60,178 nucleotides of DNA from Christensenellales bacterium (GCA_050945915.1 JBMNTV010000004.1:1-60178), one strand, 5' to 3'. Positions 17,294 through 29,033 are shown, numbered from the stretch's first letter. Translations and numbers: made by a program. Notes: generated by a model from the letters alone, not told the origin.

Positions 17294-18022
17294 TCAACCG
17301 ATGTTGATGCCGCTGACGTCCAGCTTGCACCGTTCGGCGGAGATGATCTGCTTAAAACAATACATGGGATGGCCGCTGGAATAGCAGATGCCTTCGATCA
17401 CAAAGACCACCGCGCCTTCGCGGATGTTCAGCATGGCGGCTTCGCTCTTCGTCGCATAGGAAGCCTCCAGCACCGAATCGTAGCGGTCGGCGATGATGCC
17501 GTGATCGTTCTGGAACAGGCGCATCAGGGAATGCAGGCCTTCCTTGCCGCAATGGGGGATAAAGTCAAACCGTTCCGGCACCTTGTTGAATTCGATCATC
17601 ACAGGCTCGCCGTCGATAAAGCGCAACCTGTGAAATTGATACAGCATTTCCCCTTCCCGCATGGCGAGCTTCTCGGCAAGCTCCGGCGAAGGGGCGACAT
17701 AATCGATATCCGAAACCTCTGTGGATGGGGTGTATCCGTGATCCAGGCAGTCAGAGGTAAAGCTGATAAAACGCAAAAGATTTCGCGTATAGCGCGGCGC
17801 GTTCACAAAGGTGCCCGTTCCCTGGCGCTTGACCAGGATGCCGTTGTCCACCAGGTCCTGGATGGCCCGGCGCACGGTGGTGCGGCTCACGCCGTACTGG
17901 CGCATGAGCTCCACCTCTGTCGGGATCTGTTCGTTCGGGCGCAGGCGCTGCTCTCGGATAGCCGTCAGCAAATCGTCGCGAATCAGGCAATAACGCGGCT
18001 GCCCCGCATAGTTCGTTCTCAT
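17294..18022 (-). CDS. GntR family regulator (HutC/UTRA subfamily)
   Basis: IPTE.EL..QYGVSRTTVRRAI...GTGTFV HTH followed by a UTRA domain. Confidence 0.9.
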   Translation of the reverse strand: MRTNYAGQPRYCLIRDDLLTAIREQRLRPNEQIPTEVELMRQYGVSRTTVRRAIQDLVDNGILVKRQGTGTFVNAPRYTRNLLRFISFTSDCLDHGYTPSTEVSDIDYVAPSPELAEKLAMREGEMLYQFHRLRFIDGEPVMIEFNKVPERFDFIPHCGKEGLHSLMRLFQNDHGIIADRYDSVLEASYATKSEAAMLNIREGAVVFVIEGICYSSGHPMYCFKQIISAERCKLDVSGINIG

Positions 18023-18345
18023 TTCGTCCTCCGTTAAGTCCTATTTCTATAATACCAAAAATCCCTCAGGAATCAATGGATATGTATTGATGATACGTAT
18101 CCGATCCGACAAAAAACGCGGCGCCATACCGGGCGCGCTCCATGAAAAAGCGGGCTTTTCCGGTCCGAAAAATCTCCTTTTTTGGCGAAAGCGCCCTCTT
18201 GAAAAACCGATAGAATGAAAGCAGACATCTGCCGATGCTGCCAAATGCGACGCCTAGCGCGACTTTTTTTGCATCAGGCATGGAAAATTCATAAAACTCT
18301 GCTATCATTACAAAATAAGAAAGCAATGCATGGGAGGTGCCATAT

Positions 18346-18879
18346 TTGGGCTTTCAGGGAACAACCATCTGCGCCGTAAAGCGGGACGGTCGCTGCGCCA
18401 TCGCCGGCGACGGCCAGGTCACGCTGGGCGAAAACGCGATTATGAAAAACTCGGCAAGAAAAGTACGCCGCCTGTATAACGACAAGATCATCGTCGGCTT
18501 TGCCGGCTCTGTGGCGGACTCGTTTGCCCTCTGCGAAAAATTCGAGGTGAAGCTGGAACAGCACTCCGGATCACTGGAGCGCGCAGCGGTGGAACTCGCC
18601 CTCGATTGGCGGTCGGACAAAGTGATGCGCCAGCTCAACGCCATGCTGCTCACCACCGACGGCAATAAAATCCTGCTGATTTCCGGCACTGGCGAGGTCA
18701 TCGAGCCGGACGACGGCATCGCAGCCATCGGCTCCGGCGGCATGTATGCCCTGGCGGCAGGCCGCGCGCTGATGGAAAACACCAGCCTGACGGCCGCGGA
18801 AATCGCAAAAAAGGCCCTGGAGGTCGCCGCAGGCATATGCGTGTATACCAATGACAATATTATCGTCGAGGAGGCCTGA
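18346..18879 (+). CDS. hslV: ATP-dependent protease peptidase subunit HslV/ClpQ
   Basis: TTG start 8 nt after GGAGG; MGFQG|[19 protein letters not shown]. Confidence 0.95.
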   Translation: MGFQGTTICAVKRDGRCAIAGDGQVTLGENAIMKNSARKVRRLYNDKIIVGFAGSVADSFALCEKFEVKLEQHSGSLERAAVELALDWRSDKVMRQLNAMLLTTDGNKILLISGTGEVIEPDDGIAAIGSGGMYALAAGRALMENTSLTAAEIAKKALEVAAGICVYTNDNIIVEEA

Positions 18880-18880
18880 C

Positions 18881-20275
<1,395 letters not shown>

Positions 20276-20593
20276 GCCGCATTTTGTAAATTTACAATTT
20301 TTCCATCTATCCGCTCAGCGAAGAACGGATGTTTGCCAAAATTTCGGGGTGTTTCCCTTCGGGAACCAAAACCCCCAGGCTTTTTGCAAACTTCCGTTCT
20401 TGATTTTTGCTGGGTGTTTTTGCCGAAGTGGGTGAGCCTGAAGGGGAAACTGGCATATCGAAGCTCAAAGTGGTGTGTCAGACTTGTGCTTTTGCAGGAA
20501 TTTGTGTAAAATAGTCCCACTATCACGCGGCACAAGCCGATTCGGCTTAACGGCGCTCTTGCACCGGCCGCCGATGACAAGAGGTATGTAAGC

Positions 20594-21499
20594 ATGAAAC
20601 GACGACTCTTATGGGCCGTGCTACTGATTCTAATCGCATCCGCCCTGACCGCTCCCGTCGCGCTGGCTGAAGAACAGTGCGAGCTGGGAAGGGTCACCGC
20701 ATCCGACTTTTTGAATATGCGAGCCAAAGCTTCAACGGATTGCAAGGTCATCGCGAAGATCCCCGGCGGTTCTTCCGTGATCGTCCTGGGCAGCACCGGC
20801 CAGTTCTTCAAGGTCAAGTACGACGGCAAGGTCGGCTACATCTCCGACGACTATGCGGTCAAGCTCAAACATTGGGTGGGCTACGCCACCGAGGATCTCA
20901 ATCTTCGCGCTTCTCCCAGCACTTCTTCCAGAAAACTCGGCACGATCAATAAAGGCGATTCCCTTTACATTTACGCCAGCAACGGCGATTTTTACCTTGC
21001 TGTGTATGGCGATACGAAGTGCTATGTCGCGAAGAAGTATATCACCAAGAAAAAGAGAAGCGTCAATCCGGTAAATGATTACAACGAGTTCGACCCCGAA
21101 AGCAACGAGTATTACATTGAGAATCCGTTGGAATTTACCGACCAGGACCTGTATCTCGCGGCCCAGCTCATCTATTCCGAAGGGAACAGCCAGTCGGATG
21201 TCAGCTTCTGGGCCATGGCCAGCGTGGTTTACAACCGCGTCGCATCGGATAAATTCCCGCACACGGTGTATGAAGTCGCTTTCCAGAAGAACCAGTTCTC
21301 TTATCCGGACAAATATCCGGAAAAGTTCCTTCAGCTTTCCCCCAGTGTCGAGGCCCTGGAAGCCGTCATCAAGGTTTTCATCGAGGGCAAGCTGATCCTC
21401 CCGCCGGACGTGATGTATTTCAAGAGTTCTTCCCTGCCAAGGGAATGGGGAAGGCGCGACTATTACTGCACTGTAGGTGGCAATATGTACTACAGGTAA
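20594..21499 (+). CDS. secreted cell-wall hydrolase: 2x SH3b plus SleB/CwlJ-type (Hydrolase_2) domain
   Basis: Signal peptide, LNMR/LNLR SH3 repeats, LIYSEG...VVYNRV...FP.TV....QF. Confidence 0.85.
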   Translation: MKRRLLWAVLLILIASALTAPVALAEEQCELGRVTASDFLNMRAKASTDCKVIAKIPGGSSVIVLGSTGQFFKVKYDGKVGYISDDYAVKLKHWVGYATEDLNLRASPSTSSRKLGTINKGDSLYIYASNGDFYLAVYGDTKCYVAKKYITKKKRSVNPVNDYNEFDPESNEYYIENPLEFTDQDLYLAAQLIYSEGNSQSDVSFWAMASVVYNRVASDKFPHTVYEVAFQKNQFSYPDKYPEKFLQLSPSVEALEAVIKVFIEGKLILPPDVMYFKSSSLPREWGRRDYYCTVGGNMYYR

Positions 21500-21527
21500 C
21501 CGATTCATCCCCTTCCATCGCAAATTT

Positions 21528-21561
21528 AAGCCGGGCAATTTGGTTCTGCCCGGCTTTTTTT
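21528..21561 (+). terminator. intrinsic terminator
   Basis: AAGCCGGGCA/TGCCCGGCTT stem plus T run. Confidence 0.8.
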
Positions 21562-21621
21562 GCGTCCCTTTGGAAACAATAATCGGGAAAGTAATCCAAT
21601 GGGAGTAAACGGGAGCAGAAC

Positions 21622-23994
21622 ATGAAAACAGTGATACTTGCCGGCGGGTCCGGTACCAGGTTACGTCCAATGACATGCACCCTTCCAAAGCCGATGGTGC
21701 CCGTGATGAACAGGCCTCTTCTTTTGCATACTCTCAGGCTTTTACGCCGCCACGGAATCACCTCCGCCACGATCACCCTCGGCTATCTGCCCAAAATCGT
21801 AGAACGGTACTTCGGAAACGGCGAACGGGTGGGGATGAACCTCAGCTATTCCGTGGAAGATTCGCCCCTCGGAACGGCGGGAGGCGTGCTTGCCGCCGCG
21901 GGCAGCCGGGAAAGGGTGCTGGTCATTTCCGGCGATGCGCTGACGGACGTGGACATCACTGCCGCCCTCGCCTTCCACGAAAGCCACGGCGGGGCTGCCA
22001 CCATCATCCTGAAACAGGTGGAAAAGCCCCTGCAGTTTGGTGTGGCCGTTACGGATGAAACCTGCAGGATCACCCGTTTCATCGAAAAGCCCAGCTGGTC
22101 CATGGCGGTTTCCGACCAGGTGAACACCGGTATGTATATCCTGGAGCCTTCCGTCTGGAAGGGCTTCAAACCGGGGGAAAAATTCGACTTTTCCATGAAT
22201 GTTTTCCCCAGACTGATGGAAAACGGCGAAGCCATCTTCGGCATGACCACAGACTGCTACTGGTGCGACATCGGCGGCGCCGAGCAGTATGTTGCCGCGC
22301 ATCGGGATATTTTTGAAGGCAAATGCCGGCTGGATCTGCCGGAAGCCAAGCTGATCAACGGCGTGTATGTCGAAGAGGGCGCCAGAATTTCCGACGGCTG
22401 CACCATCAAAGGCCCCTGCTATCTCGGCGCGAACTGCGCCATCGAGCGGGGCGCCGTGGTGGAGGCTTTTTCGGTCATCGGCAGCGAAACCACCGTCGCG
22501 GAACGCGCAAGTATCCGGCGCAGCATCCTCTGGCGGGGCGTGGACGTGGGCGTCCGCGCCCAGATCCGGGGGGCGGTCGTCTGCGACCGGGTTTACATCG
22601 GCAGGAACGCGTCGGTCTTTGAGCATGCGGTGGTGGCGGAAGAAAGCATGGTCTGCGAGGGTGCCACCATCAAGAGCGGCGTGCGAGTCTGGCCGCAAAA
22701 GACCATCGAAGAAGGCGCCACCATGACCCGGGACTGCCTGTGGAGCGACTGTTCGCCGCCGATCTTCAAAGGCTGCATGGTGGAAGGCAAGCGATACGAC
22801 CTGACCGGCGAGCGATTGGCCCGGCTGGGCAGAGCCATCGCTTCGGTGGCGGGCGAATGGGGCAGCGTCGCCATCGCCTCCGACGGTACCAACGCCGGCC
22901 ACATGGCAAAACTGGCGGTGGCCGCGGGACTCTTAGAAGGCGGCTGCGACGCGTTGGACATGGGCAGAACCGTGCTTCCAGCGGCAAGAAACGGCGCCCG
23001 CGCCCTGTCCTGCGGCGGGTCGGTTTATGCCAGCCGGGACGGCGACAGCATCGTCCTCCGCCTGATGGACGGCAAGGGAAACGACGCGGGCAGGGGCAGT
23101 GTGCAGGATGTTGAGATCGCTTACTGGGAGGGATGCGGCGCCTGCCAGGGAGACAGGATAGGCGCCTTCATTCCCGCTACGGAGATCACCACCCTTTATC
23201 GCATGGAGCTTCTCAAACGGGTGAACAGCCAGCAGCTGCGCGCCGTCGGCGGCTTTATCGCCCTGACCGGCGGCGGCATGGAAGAAGATCTTCTGAAGCT
23301 GTTGTTTTCCATGTGCGGCTATTCCACCGCCTCTGCGCCGAACGGCGAGACGGCAGCCGTGCTGGCAAGAAGGAAGAAAGGCACGGCGCTGGCCGTCAAA
23401 GGGGACAGTTTAAGCATCTTCCTGCCTTCCGGCGAGCTGACGGGCAGCGATCTTTATGCCCTCTTTGCCGAGATGGACATTCTGTGCGGTGAACGGGAGC
23501 TGTTTGCGGACGTGACCGCCGGCCCGGGCATGGAAAAAATCGCGGAACGCAGCGGCGCAAGGCTGTTCCGCCTGCCCAGGCGGGAACTGAAAAAGACCAT
23601 GGCGGACAAGGACACCTTAACGGCAGAGCTGCTTCGTGACCCCTTCGGCGCCGCGCTGATGCTTTGCGCGCGTTTGTCCGAAATGGGCATGACGGCGGAG
23701 GATCTTTACGCCACACTGCCAAAGAGCTGCAAGTCGGAGCGGAATGTCCCCGTATCCGCCAGGGACATCGGCCGGATCTTCCGGCTGGTCGCCCAGGACA
23801 GCGGGGGCACAGCGGACATGACCGAAGGCATTCGCATCATCCGCCGGGGCGGCTGGGTCAACCTGCTTCCCGACGCCACAGCGCGGCACATGCGGGTCAT
23901 CGCCCAATCATTTTCCGAGGAGTATTCCGAATCATTAGCGGACATCTATGCAAAAAAGGTGGAAAAAATGTTGAAGGACAGGGAAAAACGCTAA
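21622..23994 (+). CDS. sugar-phosphate nucleotidyltransferase (M1P guanylyltransferase-like) with LbH repeats and a degenerate PGM/PMM domain
   Basis: LAGGSGTRLRP.T...PKP, GTAGG, FIEKP, YWCDIG, hexapeptide repeats, PGM-like C-terminal half. Confidence 0.85.
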   Translation: MKTVILAGGSGTRLRPMTCTLPKPMVPVMNRPLLLHTLRLLRRHGITSATITLGYLPKIVERYFGNGERVGMNLSYSVEDSPLGTAGGVLAAAGSRERVLVISGDALTDVDITAALAFHESHGGAATIILKQVEKPLQFGVAVTDETCRITRFIEKPSWSMAVSDQVNTGMYILEPSVWKGFKPGEKFDFSMNVFPRLMENGEAIFGMTTDCYWCDIGGAEQYVAAHRDIFEGKCRLDLPEAKLINGVYVEEGARISDGCTIKGPCYLGANCAIERGAVVEAFSVIGSETTVAERASIRRSILWRGVDVGVRAQIRGAVVCDRVYIGRNASVFEHAVVAEESMVCEGATIKSGVRVWPQKTIEEGATMTRDCLWSDCSPPIFKGCMVEGKRYDLTGERLARLGRAIASVAGEWGSVAIASDGTNAGHMAKLAVAAGLLEGGCDALDMGRTVLPAARNGARALSCGGSVYASRDGDSIVLRLMDGKGNDAGRGSVQDVEIAYWEGCGACQGDRIGAFIPATEITTLYRMELLKRVNSQQLRAVGGFIALTGGGMEEDLLKLLFSMCGYSTASAPNGETAAVLARRKKGTALAVKGDSLSIFLPSGELTGSDLYALFAEMDILCGERELFADVTAGPGMEKIAERSGARLFRLPRRELKKTMADKDTLTAELLRDPFGAALMLCARLSEMGMTAEDLYATLPKSCKSERNVPVSARDIGRIFRLVAQDSGGTADMTEGIRIIRRGGWVNLLPDATARHMRVIAQSFSEEYSESLADIYAKKVEKMLKDREKR

Positions 23995-24020
23995 AATGAT
24001 GCCGCAAAACAGGCGATTGC

Positions 24021-24049
24021 TTGCCAATCCCACGCAAAAGGGTTATACT
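24021..24049 (+). promoter_or_regulatory. sigma-A promoter for rnj
   Basis: TTGCCA-17-TATACT. Confidence 0.65.
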
Positions 24050-24291
24050 GCTTAGGACACGAGTGCCCTATTTGGAGCGCTCTTTGGAACGGAACGCACC
24101 TTGAAAGGCGCGCTGTTTCGCCGCCAAAGTCGGTCGGGGGCGGCGAATTCGGCGACCGCAATACATTGCTGATTTTGCGGCTTTCTCGCCGCGAAAAGCC
24201 CGAAAAGGCGAAGTACTTTTCGGTTTTTTCGCTTGCGCGGGATCAAGCCTTGGGTTTTTGCGTCCAAACGACAAAAACAGGAGAATTACCA

Positions 24292-25947
24292 TTGGCATCC
24301 AAACTCAAAATCATACCCCTTGGCGGCATTTCCGAAATCGGGAAAAACATGACCGTCATCGAATACGGAAAGGACATGATCCTGGTGGACTGCGGCTCCA
24401 TGTTTCCGGGAGACGACATGCTCGGCGTGGACCTCGTCATCCCGGACATGGAATACATTGAAAAAAACGCCCAGCGGCTGCGGGCCATCGTCATCACCCA
24501 CGGGCACGAGGATCACATCGGCGCAGTGCCCTACGCTCTGAAGAAGTTCAACGTGCCGGTTTACGGGTCCAGGCTCTCTTTGGCGCTGATCAACCACAAG
24601 CTTGAGGAACACGGCATCGCCGCCGGGGCGGACCTTCGCACCGTCCAGCCCGGGGACACCATCAAGCTCGGCTGCATCAGCGTGGAGTTCATTCATGTGA
24701 ACCACTCCATCGCGGGCTCCATGGCCTTGGCCATCACCACGCCGGCGGGTGTGATCATCCACACCGGCGACTTCAAGATCGACTACACCTCTGTGGACAG
24801 CGCGCCGGCGGACCTGACCCGCTTTGCGGAATACGGCAGAAAGGGCGTCCTCTGTCTGATGAGCGACAGCACCAACGCCGAACTTCCGGGGTACACCCTT
24901 TCCGAATCCATGGTGGGGGAAACCTTCGAGCGGTATTTTGACACCGCCACCGGCCGCATCATCGTGGCGACCTTTGCTTCGAACATCCACAGGATCCAGC
25001 AGATCTGCGACTGCGCCCTGCGCCACGGCAGAAAAATCTGCTTCCAGGGGCGGAGCATGCTCAACGTTTGCGCTCTGGCGTCAGAGCTGGGTTATCTGAA
25101 CGTTCCCGAGCGGGAAGTGGTGGACATCGACAAGCTCAAAAAATACAGGGACAATCAAATCTGCGTGATCACCACCGGTAGCCAGGGCGAACCGATGAGC
25201 GGACTTTCCCGCATGGCAGGTTCCTCCCACAAGCTGGTCATCGGCCCGGGGGATTTGATCATCGTCAGCGCTTCCGCCATCCCGGGGAACGAAAAATCCG
25301 TTTCCAACGTGATCAACCAGCTCTGCGAAAAGGGCGCCACCGTCGTCTATGAAGACATGGCGGACGTTCACGTTTCCGGCCACGCAAGGCAGGAAGAGCA
25401 GAAGCTCATCCTCGCCCTCACCAAGCCGAAGTACTTTATCCCCATCCACGGCGAATTCCGCCATTTGATGAACCATATCAAGCTGGCGAAAAACCTGGGC
25501 GTACCTGCCGAAAACTGCGTAGTGGCGGGAATCGGCGAGGTTGTAGAATTCACCAGGAACAGCATGAAGAAGACCTCCTCCGTCGCTTCCGGCTCCGTCA
25601 TGATCGACGGTTCCGGCGTGGGGGATATCGGAAACATCGTCCTTCGGGACAGGAAGCTGCTTTCCGAGGACGGTCTGGTGGTGGTGGTGGTCGCCCTTTC
25701 CAAGAAGAACGGCAAACTGCTCGCCGGGCCGGACGTGATCACCCGCGGATTTGTATACGTCCGGGAAAGCGAAGAGCTGATCGACGAGGCCAGGGCGATC
25801 GCCAAAAAGACCATGCAGGAATTCGGTTCCCGACCGCGCTCGGACTGGTCCGCCATCAAGAATGGCACGAGGAACGCGCTCAAAGACTTCTTCTATAAAA
25901 AGACCAAGCGCAACCCGGTGATATTGCCCATCATTCAGGAAGTTTGA
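24292..25947 (+). CDS. rnj: ribonuclease J
   Basis: TTG start after AGGAG; PLGG..EIGKN, THGHEDHIG, HTGDFK, HVSGH, PIHGE. Confidence 0.95.
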   Translation: MASKLKIIPLGGISEIGKNMTVIEYGKDMILVDCGSMFPGDDMLGVDLVIPDMEYIEKNAQRLRAIVITHGHEDHIGAVPYALKKFNVPVYGSRLSLALINHKLEEHGIAAGADLRTVQPGDTIKLGCISVEFIHVNHSIAGSMALAITTPAGVIIHTGDFKIDYTSVDSAPADLTRFAEYGRKGVLCLMSDSTNAELPGYTLSESMVGETFERYFDTATGRIIVATFASNIHRIQQICDCALRHGRKICFQGRSMLNVCALASELGYLNVPEREVVDIDKLKKYRDNQICVITTGSQGEPMSGLSRMAGSSHKLVIGPGDLIIVSASAIPGNEKSVSNVINQLCEKGATVVYEDMADVHVSGHARQEEQKLILALTKPKYFIPIHGEFRHLMNHIKLAKNLGVPAENCVVAGIGEVVEFTRNSMKKTSSVASGSVMIDGSGVGDIGNIVLRDRKLLSEDGLVVVVVALSKKNGKLLAGPDVITRGFVYVRESEELIDEARAIAKKTMQEFGSRPRSDWSAIKNGTRNALKDFFYKKTKRNPVILPIIQEV

Positions 25948-26059
25948 CCCCTTTTGCTTAACGGCCTGCGGATGCGGGCCGTTCGCATAGTTGTCCCACT
26001 TTTTAATGGATGCGAGCCAGAGCGTCCGGCCTGCGTCGCATCGGCAATACTTTGTTTGC

Positions 26060-26088
26060 GTGACAAGGGCAGCCCTGCCGGGTATAAT
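26060..26088 (+). promoter_or_regulatory. sigma-A promoter for mltG
   Basis: GTGACA-17-TATAAT. Confidence 0.6.
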
Positions 26089-26118
26089 GGTTGCAGATAG
26101 AAACAGGAGGTCCGTCTA

Positions 26119-27318
26119 TTGGCTAAGAAGAAGCCCTATCGCCCCGAGGATGACCCGCTGGACAGTTTTTTTGCCTTGAGCGCACCCCAGCGCGCCTGGC
26201 GGATCCTCCGCCCCGCGGCAATCTTTTTGATCAGCCTGGGTTTGGCGCTTTGTCTGGCGGTGGTCGGCTTTCACACGGTGATGAATCGATTCTACCGCCC
26301 CATCGACGAGCAGGACAAAACCCCCGTGGTGGTAACGGTCAAGAAGGGCTCCTCCTCCAGCGCCATCGCCAATCTTTTGTATGACGAGCAGGAGGATGGC
26401 TCCCCCGGCCCCAACCAGCTCATCCGAAACAAGGCGGTTTTTAAGATCTATGTCGATTTCACGGGCGTGGGCTCGAAGCTCCGCTCGGGCACCTATACCT
26501 TCAACCGCAGCATGACCATTCCCGAAATTGTGGACATGCTCGTTGCCGGGGACGGCAAGGTGCAAAAAATCGTCAAGTACACCCTGATCGAAGGGCTGAC
26601 CGCCGAAGGTATGGCGGAAAGCCTGGTCCAGCAGGGGGTTTTGACCTCTGCCGAGAAGTTCCTGGAGCTTTGCGCCACCATGAAGGGCATCGCCACCAAC
26701 GAGCTGATGATCACGCCGGACGCGGCGGAGGGCAGAACCTATGCCCTGGAGGGCTACCTCTTCCCGGATACCTACGAGGCCTACGAGGGCAGCAGCGAGG
26801 AAACCATCATCAACAAGATGACCACCCGGTTTTACGGCGTCATCTCCGAAGCTTACATCCTGCGGGCGGAAGAGCTGAACATGACCATGGATCAGGTGGT
26901 GACCTTGGCTTCTCTGATCGAAAAAGAGGCGAAAGCCGCGGATTTTGCCAAAGTTTCCGCCGTGTTCCACAACAGGCTGAAGAAGGACATGCCGCTCCAG
27001 TCGGACGCCACCATCCAGTACATCCTCAAGAGCCGAAAGCTGATCTTCTCCTCGGAAGAACTGGCGACGGCCTCACCCTATAACACCTATGTCAACAAGG
27101 GGCTTCCCTTGGGACCGATATGCAACCCCGGAAAAGCGGCCATCGAAGCCGCGCTTTACCCGGACGAGGAGCTTTTGAAGGGCGGTTACCTGTATTTCTG
27201 CCTGAAAGAGCCGGAATCCGGCGAACTGGTCTTCTCCAAAACCCTGGATGAACACAATAAAAACGTCGAAAAGTACAGGGATCTTTGGCAGCAGGCGGAT
27301 GAAGCAAACCCCGGCTGA
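26119..27318 (+). CDS. mltG: endolytic transglycosylase MltG
   Basis: N-terminal TM helix, LEGYLFPDTY, LASLIEKE, SPYNTY...GLP.GPICNPG. Confidence 0.93.
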   Translation: MAKKKPYRPEDDPLDSFFALSAPQRAWRILRPAAIFLISLGLALCLAVVGFHTVMNRFYRPIDEQDKTPVVVTVKKGSSSSAIANLLYDEQEDGSPGPNQLIRNKAVFKIYVDFTGVGSKLRSGTYTFNRSMTIPEIVDMLVAGDGKVQKIVKYTLIEGLTAEGMAESLVQQGVLTSAEKFLELCATMKGIATNELMITPDAAEGRTYALEGYLFPDTYEAYEGSSEETIINKMTTRFYGVISEAYILRAEELNMTMDQVVTLASLIEKEAKAADFAKVSAVFHNRLKKDMPLQSDATIQYILKSRKLIFSSEELATASPYNTYVNKGLPLGPICNPGKAAIEAALYPDEELLKGGYLYFCLKEPESGELVFSKTLDEHNKNVEKYRDLWQQADEANPG

Positions 27319-27387
27319 TCCAACATCCTACATTCAAAAAACGGAACGCCTCCACTTGGGGCGTTCCCTTGCTATGGAGGGCAAATC

Positions 27388-28641
27388 ATGGAACTATTAT
27401 CCCCCGCAGGAAACTTCGAAAGGCTGAAATTCGCCCTGCATTATGGGGCGGACGCCGTCTATTGCGGCACGAAGTCCTACGGCCTTCGGGCGATGGCGGA
27501 AAACTTCAGCTTTGACGAGCTTTACGAAGCCGCCACATATGTCCACAGCCGCAACAAGCGTATTTACGTGACGGTCAACGCCTTTTTGCGAAACGAGGAT
27601 CTGAAAGCCTTGCCAAGTACGCTGAAAACACTGCAAAGCTGCAATGTGGACGCGCTGATCGTCAGCGATCCCGCGGTGATCGAGGCGGCAAGGACCCACA
27701 TCCCCGGGATGGAACTGCACCTTTCCACCCAGGCAAACACCACAAACGCCGCTTCCGCCCGTTTCTGGCATCGCCTTGGCATCCAGCGCATCGTCCTTGC
27801 CCGGGAACTTTCCATCGAGGAGATCCGACAAATCCGGGAAGACACCCCGGAAACCCTGGAGCTTGAAGCCTTTGTTCACGGGGCGATGTGCGTCTCCTAT
27901 TCCGGAAGGTGCCTTTTGAGCAACTTCTTAAACGGCAGGGACGGCAACCGCGGCGAATGCGTCCAGCCCTGCCGCTGGCAGTATGAAATCCGGGAAAAGG
28001 GCAAAAACGGGCTCTGGCTGCCCATGGAGGAGGATGAACGGGGCACATACATCCTCAACTCCCGGGATCTGAACATGATCGCGCATTTGAAAGAGCTGCA
28101 ACAAGCCGGGGTGATGAGCGCGAAGATCGAGGGCAGGATGAAGACCGCCTTGTACGTCGCGGCCATCACCAATGCCTATCGCATCGCCCTGGACGACCTT
28201 GCCGCGGGAAAACCCTTTGATACGAGGCTGGAAACCGAGCTGGAAAAACCCCGGCACCGGCCGTATACCACCGGGTTTTACTTTGGCAAAGGCCCCACCG
28301 AGCAGACGGATACCAACGACTGCCCCCAAACCCACGAGTTCGTCGCCATGGTGCTTCAACCCGACCCCAAAAACCGCCGGGCGCTGATCGTCCAGAAAAA
28401 CCGCTTCTTTGCCACGGACGTTTTGGAGCGCTTAACCCCCGGGAGCTTGGGCAGGGAATTTTCGGTAACCCGCCTGGAAACCGAGGAGGGCGAGGTCGTT
28501 TCCGCGGCGCCCCATCCTGCCCAAAGGCTGTGGCTGTATACCGACGAGCCCTTGCAATCCATGGACATACTGAGAAAAAAGCTGTGGCTGTATACCGACG
28601 AGCCCTTGCAATCCATGGACATACTGAGAAAAAAGCTGTGA
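27388..28641 (+). CDS. peptidase U32 family protein (TrhP-like, probable tRNA hydroxylation)
   Basis: ELLSPAG, HLSTQ, HGAMCVSYSGRC...CVQPCRW Fe-S motif, KIEGR. Confidence 0.88.
   Translation: MELLSPAGNFERLKFALHYGADAVYCGTKSYGLRAMAENFSFDELYEAATYVHSRNKRIYVTVNAFLRNEDLKALPSTLKTLQSCNVDALIVSDPAVIEAARTHIPGMELHLSTQANTTNAASARFWHRLGIQRIVLARELSIEEIRQIREDTPETLELEAFVHGAMCVSYSGRCLLSNFLNGRDGNRGECVQPCRWQYEIREKGKNGLWLPMEEDERGTYILNSRDLNMIAHLKELQQAGVMSAKIEGRMKTALYVAAITNAYRIALDDLAAGKPFDTRLETELEKPRHRPYTTGFYFGKGPTEQTDTNDCPQTHEFVAMVLQPDPKNRRALIVQKNRFFATDVLERLTPGSLGREFSVTRLETEEGEVVSAAPHPAQRLWLYTDEPLQSMDILRKKLWLYTDEPLQSMDILRKKL
28527..28640 (+). repeat. exact 54-bp tandem duplication at the 3' end of the U32 gene
   Basis: 28527-28580 equals 28581-28634, followed by a third GCTGTG; duplicates LWLYTDEPLQSMDILRKK. 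Confidence 0.95.
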
Positions 28642-28716
28642 CTGGCATGCCCTTTGGATTGGCGCGGGACGCTGTTCCGAAATTCTTACATTCTCCTTAC
28701 ATGATGCGTTTTGCTC

Positions 28717-28778
28717 TTGACAAGGAAAGGAAATCGCGCTAAATTACTTAAGTAAATTTAATTAAAATTTCTTAAGTA
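28717..28778 (+). promoter_or_regulatory. fab operon promoter with palindromic operator candidate
   Basis: TTGACA-17-TAAATT; TTACTTAAGTAA (28744-28755) and TTCTTAAGTA (28769-28778). Confidence 0.6.
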
Positions 28779-28791
28779 TCGGAGGATAGCA

Positions 28792-29025
28792 ATGGCAACG
28801 TTTGAAAGAGTCAAGAGCGCCCTCGTCAGCACGCTGGGATGCGAGGCAGACGATGTTACTCTGGAATCCAGCATCACCGAGGACCTGGGAGCGGATTCCC
28901 TTTCGGTGGTGGAACTGATCATGGCCCTGGAAGATGAGTTTGGCCTTTCCCTGCCGGATGAGGACGTTAAGGACATCAAGCTCGTCAAGGATGTCGTCAA
29001 CCTGATCGAAAGCAAACAGCAATAG
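28792..29025 (+). CDS. acpP: acyl carrier protein
   Basis: LGADSL..VELIM.LE.EF. Confidence 0.95.
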   Translation: MATFERVKSALVSTLGCEADDVTLESSITEDLGADSLSVVELIMALEDEFGLSLPDEDVKDIKLVKDVVNLIESKQQ

Positions 29026-29033
29026 GAGCCTTT

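Noticed and set aside
17174-18037. 287-aa plus-strand ORF
   Set aside because: Antisense shadow of the GntR gene.
18081-18097. ACGTATCAT shared between the GntR upstream region and the kinase promoter (42329-42337)
   Set aside because: A 9-bp match with different dyad spacing is compatible with chance; insufficient to link the regulator to the operon.
20300-20590. Possible c-di-AMP (ydaO) riboswitch upstream of the cell-wall hydrolase
   Set aside because: Only a GGGAACCA fragment resembles it; the GCUGAAUC and GUCAGCUAAC cores are absent.
28527-28640. CRISPR-like repeat
   Set aside because: Two adjacent copies with no spacer, inside a CDS.
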